NCBI GenBank assembly: GCA_016716505.1
Contig: JADJWF010000002.1
Span: 602,434 to 666,433 of the forward strand
DNA from: Verrucomicrobiota bacterium
GTDB taxonomy: Bacteria > Verrucomicrobiota > Verrucomicrobiia > Limisphaerales > J093
Direction: 5' to 3'
DNA length: 64,000 nt
Shown: positions 9,228 to 18,900 of the stretch, one piece after another
How positions within the stretch are numbered: position 1 is the stretch's first letter
Layout of the letters: each line of letters begins with the position of its first letter
Translations under genes and position numbers: made by a program
Notes under the pieces: generated by a model
Database searches by the model: none
Seen by the model: only the letters and a program-made list of their open reading frames with translations
What the model was told of the DNA's origin: nothing

Positions 9228-10111
9228 CCTCCCCCCGCCGCGGCCGCTATTTACCCTCGGTCACCCTGGTGCTTTCCCTTGCGCTGGTGGGGATCTACTT
9301 CGGCGTGTTCCTGCCACTGCGCGAACGCGCCCGTGGGGCGGACACCCCCTTGAGACGGGTCTGGGACGAATTCGCGGCCGCCTACGCCGCGAGCGAAGCC
9401 TGCATCGGCGTGCCCCGCGAAAAGCTCGATGCCCGGGCCCGGTCGCTGGAGTCCACGGCGCAGGACCTCGAGCGCCTGGGGGCGATGGTCGGGAGCCGGT
9501 TGACGTGGCCCACCCAGATCCAGGCGCTCCTGCGGCAGCCCTTCCAGTACGGCGAGTTCCAGAACGAATGCCAGCGTGCCGCCGAGGCCCTGCACAACCT
9601 GGCCCGGGAACGCAAGGTGCCGTTCGAAGGCGCGCTGACCAACCGCCTCGCGGATGCCCTTGGACTGGCGGCCTATTCCGCGGACCTGCCGGACCCCACA
9701 CTCTTGTGGCCGCGCCTGCTCGCCAGTCAGCACGTGGTGCTCGCGGCCATTGAGAGCAAGGTGTCCGCGATCCGGGTCGTGCAGCAACTGCCCTCCATCA
9801 CTTACGAGTCGGTGAACGGCCGCCGGAAGCTGCTGGAGGAACTTCCTCTCCGCCTCGAGGTGGCGGGGGCCCTGCCGCACATCAGCCGGCTCATTGCCGC
9901 GTTGCCGCTGCACGGTTCGGAGGTCGCGCTGGTGGGTTTTGGCGGAGAACTGACCAACAAGCCGGTGCTCTTCCTCGGCCAGACGCTGCTACGCAAGAGC
10001 GCTCCGGCGAAGGAGGGCGAGGCCCCGCGTCCGGGTGAAGTGCTGTTGGAGATCAACATCAGCGCGCTGGTGCCCGCGCCGCCCGAAAGCATTGCGGAAC
10101 CATCGGACTGA
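9224..10111 (+). CDS. Hypothetical bitopic membrane protein, PilO/GspM-like by architecture and position
   Basis: N-terminal TM (VTLVLSLALVGIYFGVFLPL), then a helical region and a C-terminal domain. ATGA overlap with the upstream gene. Assignment rests on context only. Confidence 0.4.
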   Translation: MTSPRRGRYLPSVTLVLSLALVGIYFGVFLPLRERARGADTPLRRVWDEFAAAYAASEACIGVPREKLDARARSLESTAQDLERLGAMVGSRLTWPTQIQALLRQPFQYGEFQNECQRAAEALHNLARERKVPFEGALTNRLADALGLAAYSADLPDPTLLWPRLLASQHVVLAAIESKVSAIRVVQQLPSITYESVNGRRKLLEELPLRLEVAGALPHISRLIAALPLHGSEVALVGFGGELTNKPVLFLGQTLLRKSAPAKEGEAPRPGEVLLEINISALVPAPPESIAEPSD

Positions 10112-10117
10112 GCGTTC

Positions 10118-10618
10118 ATGCGATTCCTGGAGCGCAATCTGTGGAGTTCCTTGCTGGTGCTGGCCGTGCTGGCGGCGACGCTGCTGGCGGTGGCGCTGCG
10201 CCTGGGCGGCGGGATGCCGGCGTTGAAGCCCTACCTGCGCGAGGGAGAACCTCTGCGCGACTGGCCCTTGCCGGACCGCCTGGCGGGCTGGTTCTCGACC
10301 AACGCGCTGCTGGCGGCGCTGCCCACCAACGCCAACGTCAACCCCTTTTTCACCCTGCATTTCCAACCGCCCGGCCCGCCGCCCACCCGGCGGGTGGAAC
10401 TCCTCTACATGGGCAACTACACGTCGTCGCGGTCGAACGTCTTCGCCTACCTCCAACTGGGCGACAAGCTGCTGGTGCTCACCAACGGCGCGGTGGTGGT
10501 GGCCGATCACGCGATCCAACAAATCACGCTCAAGGAGGTCGTGTTGACCAACGCCGCGGGAGTCACCAACGTGCTGCCGTTCAACGTGAAGAAACCCCTC
10601 GAAGTCCCGGCGAGGTGA
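10118..10618 (+). CDS. Hypothetical bitopic membrane protein, PilP/GspC-like by architecture and position
   Basis: N-terminal TM (LWSSLLVLAVLAATLLAVAL). The C-terminal beta-rich segment (LLYMGNYTSSRSNVFAYLQLGDKLLVLTNGAVV...ITLKEVVL) resembles the PilP/GspC HR-domain pattern. Confidence 0.4.
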   Translation: MRFLERNLWSSLLVLAVLAATLLAVALRLGGGMPALKPYLREGEPLRDWPLPDRLAGWFSTNALLAALPTNANVNPFFTLHFQPPGPPPTRRVELLYMGNYTSSRSNVFAYLQLGDKLLVLTNGAVVVADHAIQQITLKEVVLTNAAGVTNVLPFNVKKPLEVPAR

Positions 10619-10619
10619 G

Positions 10620-12341
10620 ATGGACACGCCCGAAACCAAACGCGAGGTGGTGGACGTGCTGCTCGAGGCCGGCCGGCTGACGGTCGAACAAGCCGAAACC
10701 GTTCGCCGACTGCAGCGCAAGCTGGCCCGCCCCCAGCACGCGATTCTTCTCGACCACAACTTCGTCTCCGAAGAGGACGTGTTCCGCGCCGTCGCGTCGC
10801 TGCACAACCTGCCGTTCGAGGACCTGACGAACTTCGAGTTCCCCGAAGGCCTGCTCGATCAGGTGCCGGTTTCGGTGATGCTGAACCACCGGGTGCTCCC
10901 GCTCGCCGTCGCGGGCGAGACCCTGACGCTGGCGTTCGCCGAGCCGCCGCGGCAGTCCGAATTAAGCAACCTGCGGCTGCTGTTGAATCGTCCCATCGAG
11001 GTTCGCCTCACGACGCCCAGTTGCATCCGCGCCGTGGTCAAAAAGCACTTCGGGCTCGGCGCTGAAACCATCCAGCGGCTCCGGAATGATCGTGCGACGG
11101 CGGACGCCTCGCAGGACCTGGTGTTCGACGTGCCCGCCACCGAAGGCGAACAGGCCGTCGAGGCCACGATCAGCCGGTTCGTGGACCAGTTGCTGTCGGA
11201 AGCCCTGCGGCTGCAGGCCACCGACATCCACATCGAGCCTTACTTCGACAAGATCAACCTCCGCTACCGCATTGATGGGCTGCTCGAGAGCGTCCCTGCG
11301 CCGCGCGGCCTGCGGGAGGTCTATCCAGCCCTGGTCTCGCGCTTGAAGATCATGGCAGGCCTCAACATCGCGGAGAAACGCCTGCCCCACGACGGCCGCA
11401 TCACCACGAAGTCCGGCGAGGAAGACTACGACCTCCGCGTTTCGATCATCCCCACCAAGCATGGGGAGGCCATTTGTCTGCGCATCCTGGGCCGTCGGGC
11501 TCTGGCGCTGGAGTTCCGCGACCTCGGTCTGGAGCCCGCCCAGGCGGAATTGATGGCCGAGCTGGCGCGGCTTCCCCAAGGGCTGATCCTGATTACCGGT
11601 CCGACCGGCAGCGGGAAGACGACCACGCTCTACACGGTGCTCAACCAGGCCAACGACGGCCGGCGCAAAATCATCACCATCGAAGATCCGATCGAATACC
11701 AACTCGAGGGCGTGCTGCAAATCCAGACGCGCGACGAGGTGGGACTGACTTTTGCCGCCGGACTCCGGGCCGTGCTACGCCACGATCCCGACGTGGTGCT
11801 CATCGGCGAGATTCGCGACAACCTGACCGCCGAGATCGCGGTGCGGGCGGCCCAGACGGGGCACCTGGTGTTCTCGACCCTGCACACCAACGACAGCGTC
11901 AGCGCCATCACCCGCCTGCTCGACATGCAGGTGGATCCGTTTCTCATCGGCTCCTCGCTGGTCTGCAGCCTCGCCCAGCGACTCGCCCAGCGCATTTGCC
12001 GACACTGCGTCGAGCCCGCGCCACATATCCCGGACGCGATCCGCGACGAAATGGCCGCGGCCTTGGGAATGCCGCCGGCGGCTGTCCGGGCGTTTCAAGG
12101 ACGCGGGTGTGTGGAGTGCGGCCAAAAGGGCTGTCGCGGCCGCGTGGCGATTTACGAGTATTTCCTGATGAACGACGAGGTCGCGGACCTGCTCGGCGCC
12201 AGCGTCAAGACTTCGGAACTGCGCGCCGCCGCCCGCCGTCATGGCTGGCGCTCGCTGCGGGAGGAAGGCTGGCGCAAGGTTCAGGAAGGCCTCGTGCCCT
12301 TGTCCGAGATTCAGCGGCTCACCCGGCGGCTGGCGCGTTGA
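10620..12341 (+). CDS. GspE/PilB-family type II/IV secretion ATPase
   Basis: T2SSE_N region, Walker A GPTGSGKTTTLY, Asp box, Walker B DPDVVLIGEIRD, His box TGHLVFSTLHTND, tetra-Cys (CRHC...CVECG). Confidence 0.92.
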   Translation: MDTPETKREVVDVLLEAGRLTVEQAETVRRLQRKLARPQHAILLDHNFVSEEDVFRAVASLHNLPFEDLTNFEFPEGLLDQVPVSVMLNHRVLPLAVAGETLTLAFAEPPRQSELSNLRLLLNRPIEVRLTTPSCIRAVVKKHFGLGAETIQRLRNDRATADASQDLVFDVPATEGEQAVEATISRFVDQLLSEALRLQATDIHIEPYFDKINLRYRIDGLLESVPAPRGLREVYPALVSRLKIMAGLNIAEKRLPHDGRITTKSGEEDYDLRVSIIPTKHGEAICLRILGRRALALEFRDLGLEPAQAELMAELARLPQGLILITGPTGSGKTTTLYTVLNQANDGRRKIITIEDPIEYQLEGVLQIQTRDEVGLTFAAGLRAVLRHDPDVVLIGEIRDNLTAEIAVRAAQTGHLVFSTLHTNDSVSAITRLLDMQVDPFLIGSSLVCSLAQRLAQRICRHCVEPAPHIPDAIRDEMAAALGMPPAAVRAFQGRGCVECGQKGCRGRVAIYEYFLMNDEVADLLGASVKTSELRAAARRHGWRSLREEGWRKVQEGLVPLSEIQRLTRRLAR

Positions 12342-12392
12342 TTCCCGCCCTTGCCGTCCCGGGCCGGGGTGCCCCGCCCATCAGCGACAGCT

Positions 12393-12962
12393 TCAGGACC
12401 GCCAGGGGCGATCTCGTTTCACGTGCCGGAGCACCTCACAGGCGGCACGGACGTCTTCGGCGACTTCGAAATCGAACATCCCCACCGCGACGAAGTCCGC
12501 GCCATTTTCGAACGCATACTTGAATCCACTTTTCGGCGGAATCGCCCCCGCGGCCAGCACCTTGAAAGCGATCCAAGGCACCGGCTTGTCCTGCATGTAC
12601 TCGATGGTCGGCTCGGGGTCTATGCAGAAGATGTTGTCGTGAAACTCGTTGTGGTCGAGATAGCGCGGGCCGTCCACACAAAAGCGCTTGCGCCGGTCCT
12701 TCGGCGTCGCCGACCAGTATTGGTCGTGGTGGAAGGTCTTGAAGTAGTAGTCGGGCTGGAAGCCGGCCGCGTCGCACGCCTCCGGCACCTCGAGGGCATG
12801 ACTGCCCAGCCGGCCGCGTGGCAGCTCCGGGAGGGGCGGTGCCGTGGAGGCAGGCTTCGCCTGCCCTCCGAGCTCCCCAGCCGTGAGAACGTCCTTGGTG
12901 CCGGCGCCCATCGCGACGGCGGAACCGAGGAAACGGCGACGCGACAACGCAGGAGAGTTCAT
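12393..12962 (-). CDS. Hypothetical exported protein with twin-arginine signal
   Basis: MNSPALSRRRFLGSAVAMGAG. No family recognised for the rest. Confidence 0.55.
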   Translation of the reverse strand: MNSPALSRRRFLGSAVAMGAGTKDVLTAGELGGQAKPASTAPPLPELPRGRLGSHALEVPEACDAAGFQPDYYFKTFHHDQYWSATPKDRRKRFCVDGPRYLDHNEFHDNIFCIDPEPTIEYMQDKPVPWIAFKVLAAGAIPPKSGFKYAFENGADFVAVGMFDFEVAEDVRAACEVLRHVKRDRPWRS

Positions 12963-13015
12963 GACGGAAGCGTGGCAACGCCCCACCGAAAGTCACGTCG
13001 GATCGAATCCGGCGA

Positions 13016-13411
13016 TCATCCGTTGCGAAACGTGATGGTGAGTTGGAGCACGGTCGCGATCGAGACCCACGTCAGGTAGGGCAGTTGCAACAGAGCCAGC
13101 CACCAGTACGGCTTCCAGACCGCCGCGATCATCCACACGATGCTGCCCCAAACGATCAAGATGTCCACCGAAGCGAGCGGCAGGTTGCGCAGGCCAAACT
13201 GGATGGGCGTGAAGATCAGATTCGCCACGAGATTGACGAGGAACGGCCAGAGCGCAGTTCGCGGCAGTTTGCCGCGCACCACCTGCACCACGACGAAGAC
13301 CAGACTGAACAGGATGATCGGGTAAAGAATCCGCCAAATCAGCCCAATGGTCGCCGGAGCAGGCGTCCATGCAGGCTTGTCGAGCGCGTTGTACCAGTCG
13401 GACCAGGACAT
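13016..13411 (-). CDS. tspO: TspO/MBR (tryptophan-rich sensory protein) family, short form
   Basis: WYNALDKPAWTPAPATIGLIWRILY, NLIFTPIQFG, LLQLPYLTWVSIATVL. Start at the ATG (MSWSDWY); a GTG lies 42 nt upstream (13453). Confidence 0.8.
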   Translation of the reverse strand: MSWSDWYNALDKPAWTPAPATIGLIWRILYPIILFSLVFVVVQVVRGKLPRTALWPFLVNLVANLIFTPIQFGLRNLPLASVDILIVWGSIVWMIAAVWKPYWWLALLQLPYLTWVSIATVLQLTITFRNG

Positions 13412-13565
13412 AAATCGCCAGGGGCGGTGCTTGGGGAACCACCGTGCCGGCACCGTTCCCGCGAATCAAGCCGCGAGCAACCGAGGTCCCGCTCCAAGGC
13501 AGGGCCCCCTCCCTTTGGTCACGTGGAAGCGGGACAAGGCGGGAACCACGCGCTACCCTCCCATC

Positions 13566-14927
13566 ATGGATCGCAACCGAATCGCGGAGGTGATTCGATC
13601 TCTGATCACTGCTTCCGCGCTGACGACCGCCGATGCCGCCGATTGGCCAGGCTTCCTGGGACCACATGGCAACGGCACCTCGTCGGAAACAAATCTCCTC
13701 GAGCAATTCCCCGCCGGCGGGCCGCGCGTCCTCTGGTCGCGGGACCTCGGGACGGGCTACGCCGCGCCCTCGGTAATCGGTTCCCGGCTGGTGGTCTTCC
13801 ATCGGGAGGGTGAGGAGGAGATCGTCGAGTGTCTCGACGCCGCCACGGGAAACTCCCGCTGGCGACACGCCTATCCGAGCCGGTTCGAGGATCCCTACGG
13901 CTACAACAACGGCCCGCGCAGCGCTCCCCTGCTGACTACCAATCGCTGCTTCACCTTCGGAGCGGAAGGACGCCTCTCCTGCCTCGACCTAGAGACTGGC
14001 AGGCCTCTCTGGCACCGCGACACGGCCAAGGATTGGCAGGTGCCGGAGGCCTTCTTCGGCGTGGGCTCATCACCGGTGCTCGCCGGGGACCGGCTGTTGG
14101 TGATGGTGGGGGGGCAACCCGATGCCGGGATGGCGGCCTTCGACGCGGCGACCGGCCGGACGCTTTGGGAATCCGTGGGTCAGAAAACGTGGACCGGTCA
14201 GCCCATGCTCGGCTGGCCGGGGCAACGGACCGTGGTGTGGCGCGCGAACGACAAGCAGGCCAGTTACGCGACTCCGGTGCTGGCGACCGTTCATGGTCGG
14301 CCGACGGCGTTCTGCCTGATGCGCCAGGGGCTGGTATCGCTGAACCCCGCGACCGGTGAGGTGAACTTCGTCCGCTGGTTTCGGGCCCAGGTCGAGGAGT
14401 CGGTGAACGCGGCCAATCCCGTGGTCGTGGATGACCTGGTGCTCATCTCCGCCGCCTATTATCGCTTGGGCAGCGTGCTGCTGCGGGTGCAACCCGACGG
14501 CCACAGCTTCGAGGAAGTGTGGAAGAGCACGGCCATCGAGGCCCACTGGAGCACTCCCGTTCATGCCGACGGCTATCTGTACGCGTTCAGCGGTCGCAAC
14601 GAACCCGATGCGCGGTTCCGCTGCGTGGAATTGCGCACGGGCCGCATCCGTTGGGAACGCGACGAAAGCTGGGGACGACGCAGCACGCGGCAACCGCCAA
14701 CATACGGTCGCGGTTCCTGCATCCTGGCGGACAACAAACTCATCGTTTTCGGCGAGGGCGGGCTGCTGGGTTTATTCCGCGTCAACCCCGAGCGGCCCGA
14801 GGAACTGGCCCGCTGGCAGGTCCCTTCGCTGGAATACCCAACCTGGGCCGGGCCGGTGCTCTCGAACCGACGCCTTTTCCTGCGCGGCGAACAACGGCTC
14901 GTGTGCCTCGACTTGAAACGGGAGTGA
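13566..14927 (+). CDS. PQQ-like/BamB-like beta-propeller repeat protein, secreted
   Basis: DWPGFLGPHGNGTS..., repeated G..YA.PVV / L.CLD..TG...W motifs typical of PQQ_2/PQQ_3 propellers. Confidence 0.75.
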   Translation: MDRNRIAEVIRSLITASALTTADAADWPGFLGPHGNGTSSETNLLEQFPAGGPRVLWSRDLGTGYAAPSVIGSRLVVFHREGEEEIVECLDAATGNSRWRHAYPSRFEDPYGYNNGPRSAPLLTTNRCFTFGAEGRLSCLDLETGRPLWHRDTAKDWQVPEAFFGVGSSPVLAGDRLLVMVGGQPDAGMAAFDAATGRTLWESVGQKTWTGQPMLGWPGQRTVVWRANDKQASYATPVLATVHGRPTAFCLMRQGLVSLNPATGEVNFVRWFRAQVEESVNAANPVVVDDLVLISAAYYRLGSVLLRVQPDGHSFEEVWKSTAIEAHWSTPVHADGYLYAFSGRNEPDARFRCVELRTGRIRWERDESWGRRSTRQPPTYGRGSCILADNKLIVFGEGGLLGLFRVNPERPEELARWQVPSLEYPTWAGPVLSNRRLFLRGEQRLVCLDLKRE

Positions 14928-15069
14928 ACCCCGTTCACGCACCACGCCATTGCCGCACTTGACCCGGGCTGCGGGTTTTTGCAACCGTCCAAGCGTCCAC
15001 CGAGGGGCGGGTCAAGCCGTGGCCTCACCTGCTCCGGGCGGGATGAGCAATCGGTTCGCTGCAACGATC

Positions 15070-15894
15070 ATGAAACGCCAACGTCAACCAAGTCGCAGGA
15101 GTCTCGGTTTCACCTTGATCGAACTCCTGGTCGTCATCGCGATCATCGGCATCCTCGCGAGCATGTTGCTGCCAGCGCTGGCCAAGGCCAAGGCCAAGGC
15201 GCACCAAATCAAGTGCCTCAACAACACCAAAATGCTCACGCTCTCCACCTTCATGTACCTCTCGGACTACGGGAAACCGGTGCCCTACAACGGCGCCGCC
15301 ACTGCCACGATGGACAACGCGCTCTGGGTGACCGTGCTGGCGACCAACTACGGCGGCATCAACGAAGCGCGCATCTGCCCGGCGGCACCCCCCGCGCCCA
15401 CCAAGGCCAAGCGCCGCCATCCCGCCAGCGGGTCGGTCAATCAAACCTGGCTCTGGACCAGCTCCAAGAACATTGATTACCAGGGGAGTTATTGCTTCAA
15501 CGGCTGGTTTTACGGAGACGACGATCCTTACTTCAGCACCGCCGAGCACAAACCCAAGAAGTACCGCAGTGACGATGACTGTCCGCGACCGGCCACCACA
15601 CCCGTCATCGCTGACAGCAACTGGATTGACACCTGGCCCCAGCCCCACGACCCCCCGGCACGCAATCTCTTCACGGGCGACGACTTCAACGGCCCCATGG
15701 TGCGGCTGACCCTCCCGCGGCACGGCAACGCGAACTGGAAGAAGAACCAGATTCACAACCCGAAGGAGGACCTCCCCGGCGCCATCAACATCGGCTTCGT
15801 GGACGGTCACTCAGAACTGGTACGCCTCGAGAAGCTCTGGGGTCTTGACTGGCACAAGGGCTGGATCACTCCGGCCAAGCGGCCGGGCAAGTAG
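15070..15894 (+). CDS. Prepilin-type N-terminal cleavage/methylation domain protein, H-X9-DG (DUF1559-like) family
   Basis: MKRQRQPSRRSL-GFTLIELLVVIAIIGILASMLLPALAKAKAKAHQIKCLNN...; C-terminal RHGNAN...GAINIGFVDGHSELV. Confidence 0.85.
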   Translation: MKRQRQPSRRSLGFTLIELLVVIAIIGILASMLLPALAKAKAKAHQIKCLNNTKMLTLSTFMYLSDYGKPVPYNGAATATMDNALWVTVLATNYGGINEARICPAAPPAPTKAKRRHPASGSVNQTWLWTSSKNIDYQGSYCFNGWFYGDDDPYFSTAEHKPKKYRSDDDCPRPATTPVIADSNWIDTWPQPHDPPARNLFTGDDFNGPMVRLTLPRHGNANWKKNQIHNPKEDLPGAINIGFVDGHSELVRLEKLWGLDWHKGWITPAKRPGK

Positions 15895-15988
15895 GGGCAA
15901 GCCGGTACCACGCCCGCAGGTCGGTGATCCTTGGGTAGGAGCGCGGTTGCGCTTGGCAGCGGTCGCCGAGCGCGACACGCTCAGCCGC

Positions 15989-16657
15989 ATGTTCAGCACC
16001 ACTGAATTCCGCAATTTCGGGTTCGTCTGCGTGGCGTGCATGCTGGCAGTGGCCGGCGAGGAGGTCGTCTTCCAGGATGACTTCCGCGAGGGGTTGGCGC
16101 CGGGATGGTCCTGGATACGGGAGGAACCGTCCGCCTGGCGCATTCGAGACGGTGCACTCGAACTGCGCGTCCTGCCGGGCAATCTCTGGGGCAAGGCCAA
16201 TAGCGCCAAAAACGTCCTCGTCCGCGACGCGCCCAGCCTCGACGGTGGCGAACTGGAGATCACCGTGAAATTCGAGAGTCAACCGACGGGCCAGTACGAG
16301 CAGGTCAACCTCGCCTGGTACTACGATGACAGCCACATGGTGAAGCTGGGCCGCGAAATCGTGGATGGCCCCGTGTGCGTCGTCATGGGCCGCGAGGAGC
16401 GCGACCAAACCCGGACGGTGGCGCGGCCGCCGGTGCCGGGCGCCTAGTATCGCCTGCGCTTGATCGTCGCGGGCCACCAGATTCGCGGACAGTACTGGGC
16501 CGAGGGGGCCGGTGACTGGACGGACGCCGGAGTCTGCGAACTGCCGACGCCGGCGGAGGGCAGGCCAAAACTCTCGCTCCACGCGTACAACGGCTTCGCC
16601 GACCGGGAGCATTGGGCGCGAATCACGGAGTTCAAGGTTGTCCGGCGCACGAAGTGA
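15989..16657 (+). pseudogene. Concanavalin-A-like/DUF1349-like secreted protein interrupted by an in-frame TAG (16445-16447)
   Basis: ORFs 15845..16447 and 16460..16657 share one frame, and the domain reads straight through: ...RPPVPGA*YRLRLIVAGHQIRGQYWAEG...ITEFKVVRRTK. Confidence 0.65.
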
Positions 16658-16698
16658 TCCCCGCTCGCCCGCGCTGGGTTTTCGACTAGCTTCGCCAC

Positions 16699-17802
16699 AT
16701 GACGAAGTGGGTGCTTCACGACTTTCACGCCGGTCACGGAGGCGTTTTCGGAGAGGTGAACGGCGCGGCCGTCGTCCGGAATTACGGCGACCCGGCCGCA
16801 GAGTATGCGGCGCTCCGCGGCGCGGCGGCGGTCTTTGATCTCTCGTTTCGCAGCCGGGTCTGCGTCCTCGGCACCGACGCGGAGCGTTTCCTCCACGGTC
16901 AGGTGACTAACGACATCAAAGCCCTGCATCCGGGCGAGGGCTGTTACACGGCGTTGGTCAACGCCAAGGCTCGAATCGAGAGCGACCTGAACGTGTACCG
17001 TCTGGCAGACGAGTTTCTGCTCGACTTCGAGCCGGGGCTGACCGCTGCCGTGACCCAGCGGTTTGATCGGTTCATCATCGCGGACGATGTGCGGGTGGTG
17101 GACGCCGCCCCGCACTATGGGCTGTTGAGCGTCCAGGGCCCGCGCGCGGCGCAAGCCGTGGCCGCGTTGGATTTGGGGGTAGCGTGCCCCGATCGGGAAA
17201 TGGCAGTGGCGCTGGCGAAGCACGCGACCTTCGGTGATGTCTATGTGGCGAACCAACCACGAGTTGGCCTGCCGGGCTTCGATCTGTTTGTACCCGTTGC
17301 CGCGTTACCGGCGATGGCGGCGGCATTGACCGAGGTCGTGTTGGGTCTCGGCGGGCGTCTGGCCGGCTGGGAGGCTCTTGAGCTGGCGCGAATCGAGGCC
17401 GGGGTTCCCCGCTTTGGGCAGGACATGGACGCCACGAATCTCGCGCCGGAAGCGGGAATCGAAGCGCGGGCGATCAGCTACACCAAGGGCTGCTACATCG
17501 GGCAGGAAATTATTGCCCGTCTCCGCACCTACGGGCAGGTGGCCAAGGCCCTGCGCGGTCTGCGACTGGCCGGCGAGTGCCGGTCACTGCCCGCGCGCGG
17601 CGACAAGCTGGTCCGCGAGGGCAAAGAGGTCGGCTACCTCACCAGCGCGGCCGTGTCGCCTCGCGTTGGCGGGACCATCGCCCTCGCGTATGTCCGGCGC
17701 GAATGCAACGCAGTCGGCACAGACTTGGTGGTGGCGGGGCCCGCAGGAAACACACCGGCGGTGATTGTTCCCCTGCCCTTCGTGTCCGCCGCCGGGGTCT
17801 AA
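16699..17802 (+). CDS. ygfZ: Folate-binding YgfZ/GcvT-like protein (Fe-S cluster repair / aminomethyltransferase fold)
   Basis: GcvT-like N-terminus (AVFDLSFRSRVCVLGTDAERFLHGQVTNDI) and the YgfZ signature YTKGCYIGQEIIARL. Confidence 0.8.
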   Translation: MTKWVLHDFHAGHGGVFGEVNGAAVVRNYGDPAAEYAALRGAAAVFDLSFRSRVCVLGTDAERFLHGQVTNDIKALHPGEGCYTALVNAKARIESDLNVYRLADEFLLDFEPGLTAAVTQRFDRFIIADDVRVVDAAPHYGLLSVQGPRAAQAVAALDLGVACPDREMAVALAKHATFGDVYVANQPRVGLPGFDLFVPVAALPAMAAALTEVVLGLGGRLAGWEALELARIEAGVPRFGQDMDATNLAPEAGIEARAISYTKGCYIGQEIIARLRTYGQVAKALRGLRLAGECRSLPARGDKLVREGKEVGYLTSAAVSPRVGGTIALAYVRRECNAVGTDLVVAGPAGNTPAVIVPLPFVSAAGV

Positions 17803-17907
17803 GCGCGCCCAAGCGGTGGCAGCCCCACGGCGGCGCTCGTTGGGCCCTGCGGCCAGCCGGAGTCCGCGCTTGCGCGAACGCCGGGCGGGTCCCGAACATC
17901 CCGCCGC

Positions 17908-18705
17908 ATGAATCGCATCGAGGAACGCTTCGCCCGGCTGCGGGAGCGTCAGCAAAAGGGCCTGATCATCTACATCGGCGCTGGCGATCCCGATCTGGAG
18001 GCCACGCGGCAACTGGCCCTCGCCTTTGACCGCGTGGGCGTGGACGTCCTCGAGCTGGGCGTGCCATTCAGCGATCCGCTGGCGGACGGGTTGGTGAACC
18101 AACTCGCCGCCCAGCGCGGCCTCGACGCCGGCGCCACCCCGCCGCGCGTCTTGGAAACCGTGGCGGCCATCCGGCGCGAGTCGCACATCCCGATCGTGCT
18201 GTACGTGTATTTCAACCTGCTGCATCGCCGTGGCGTGCGGGAGTTCATTGCCGAAGCGGCCCGCGCCGGCGTGGATGGTTTGCTGGTATTGGACCTGCCC
18301 CCCGAAGAAGCAGGCCCCTACGAGGCGCTGATGTCCGAGGCGGGTTTGTGCCCCATCTGGCTGATCGCGCCCACGACACCCGAGGAGCGGATCGAACAGA
18401 TTGCCCGACACGCCCGCGGCTTCATCTACTACGTCTCGCGCGAAGGCGTCACCGGCATGCAATCCTGGGTGAGCGACACGATTGCCGCCATGACCGCCAA
18501 GATTCGCGCCCACTCGTCCGTGCCGATAGCGGTAGGTTTCGGCATCTCGAATGCCGACCAGGCCCGCGCTGTGGCGCAACACGCCGAGGCCATCGTCGTC
18601 GGCAGCGCCGTGGTGAATCAAATTGCCGAGCGCGGCCGGTCGCGCGACCTGGTGCCGGCCGTCGCGGCGTTTGTGGAGACGCTGGCCCGGGCCATCAAGT
18701 CGTAG
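17908..18705 (+). CDS. trpA: Tryptophan synthase alpha chain
   Basis: LIIYIGAGDPD, VDVLELGVPFSDPLADG, GFIYYVSREGVTG, VGFGIS. Confidence 0.93.
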   Translation: MNRIEERFARLRERQQKGLIIYIGAGDPDLEATRQLALAFDRVGVDVLELGVPFSDPLADGLVNQLAAQRGLDAGATPPRVLETVAAIRRESHIPIVLYVYFNLLHRRGVREFIAEAARAGVDGLLVLDLPPEEAGPYEALMSEAGLCPIWLIAPTTPEERIEQIARHARGFIYYVSREGVTGMQSWVSDTIAAMTAKIRAHSSVPIAVGFGISNADQARAVAQHAEAIVVGSAVVNQIAERGRSRDLVPAVAAFVETLARAIKS

Positions 18706-18900
18706 CTGCTGGCCAAACGCCGGCACCCGCAATCGCGCGGGAATGGCCCCTCAACAAAAGGACTCGTGCCAGCGTCGAGTCCGATCCACACCGGCCCACG
18801 CGCAATCCTGCGGGCACGAGTTCAGCCGACGGCTGTTGAAAATTGAACTGGCGAACCCGGGCCGAGTGATGAAGGTTGCGCACGAAGAAAGGACTCTTCC

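Noticed and set aside
12999-13012. tRNA-like T-arm sequence CGGATCGAATCCGG
   Set aside because: No acceptor, D or anticodon arms can be built around it. The stem is only 3-4 bp, and it lies in the 53-nt spacer between two minus-strand CDSs.
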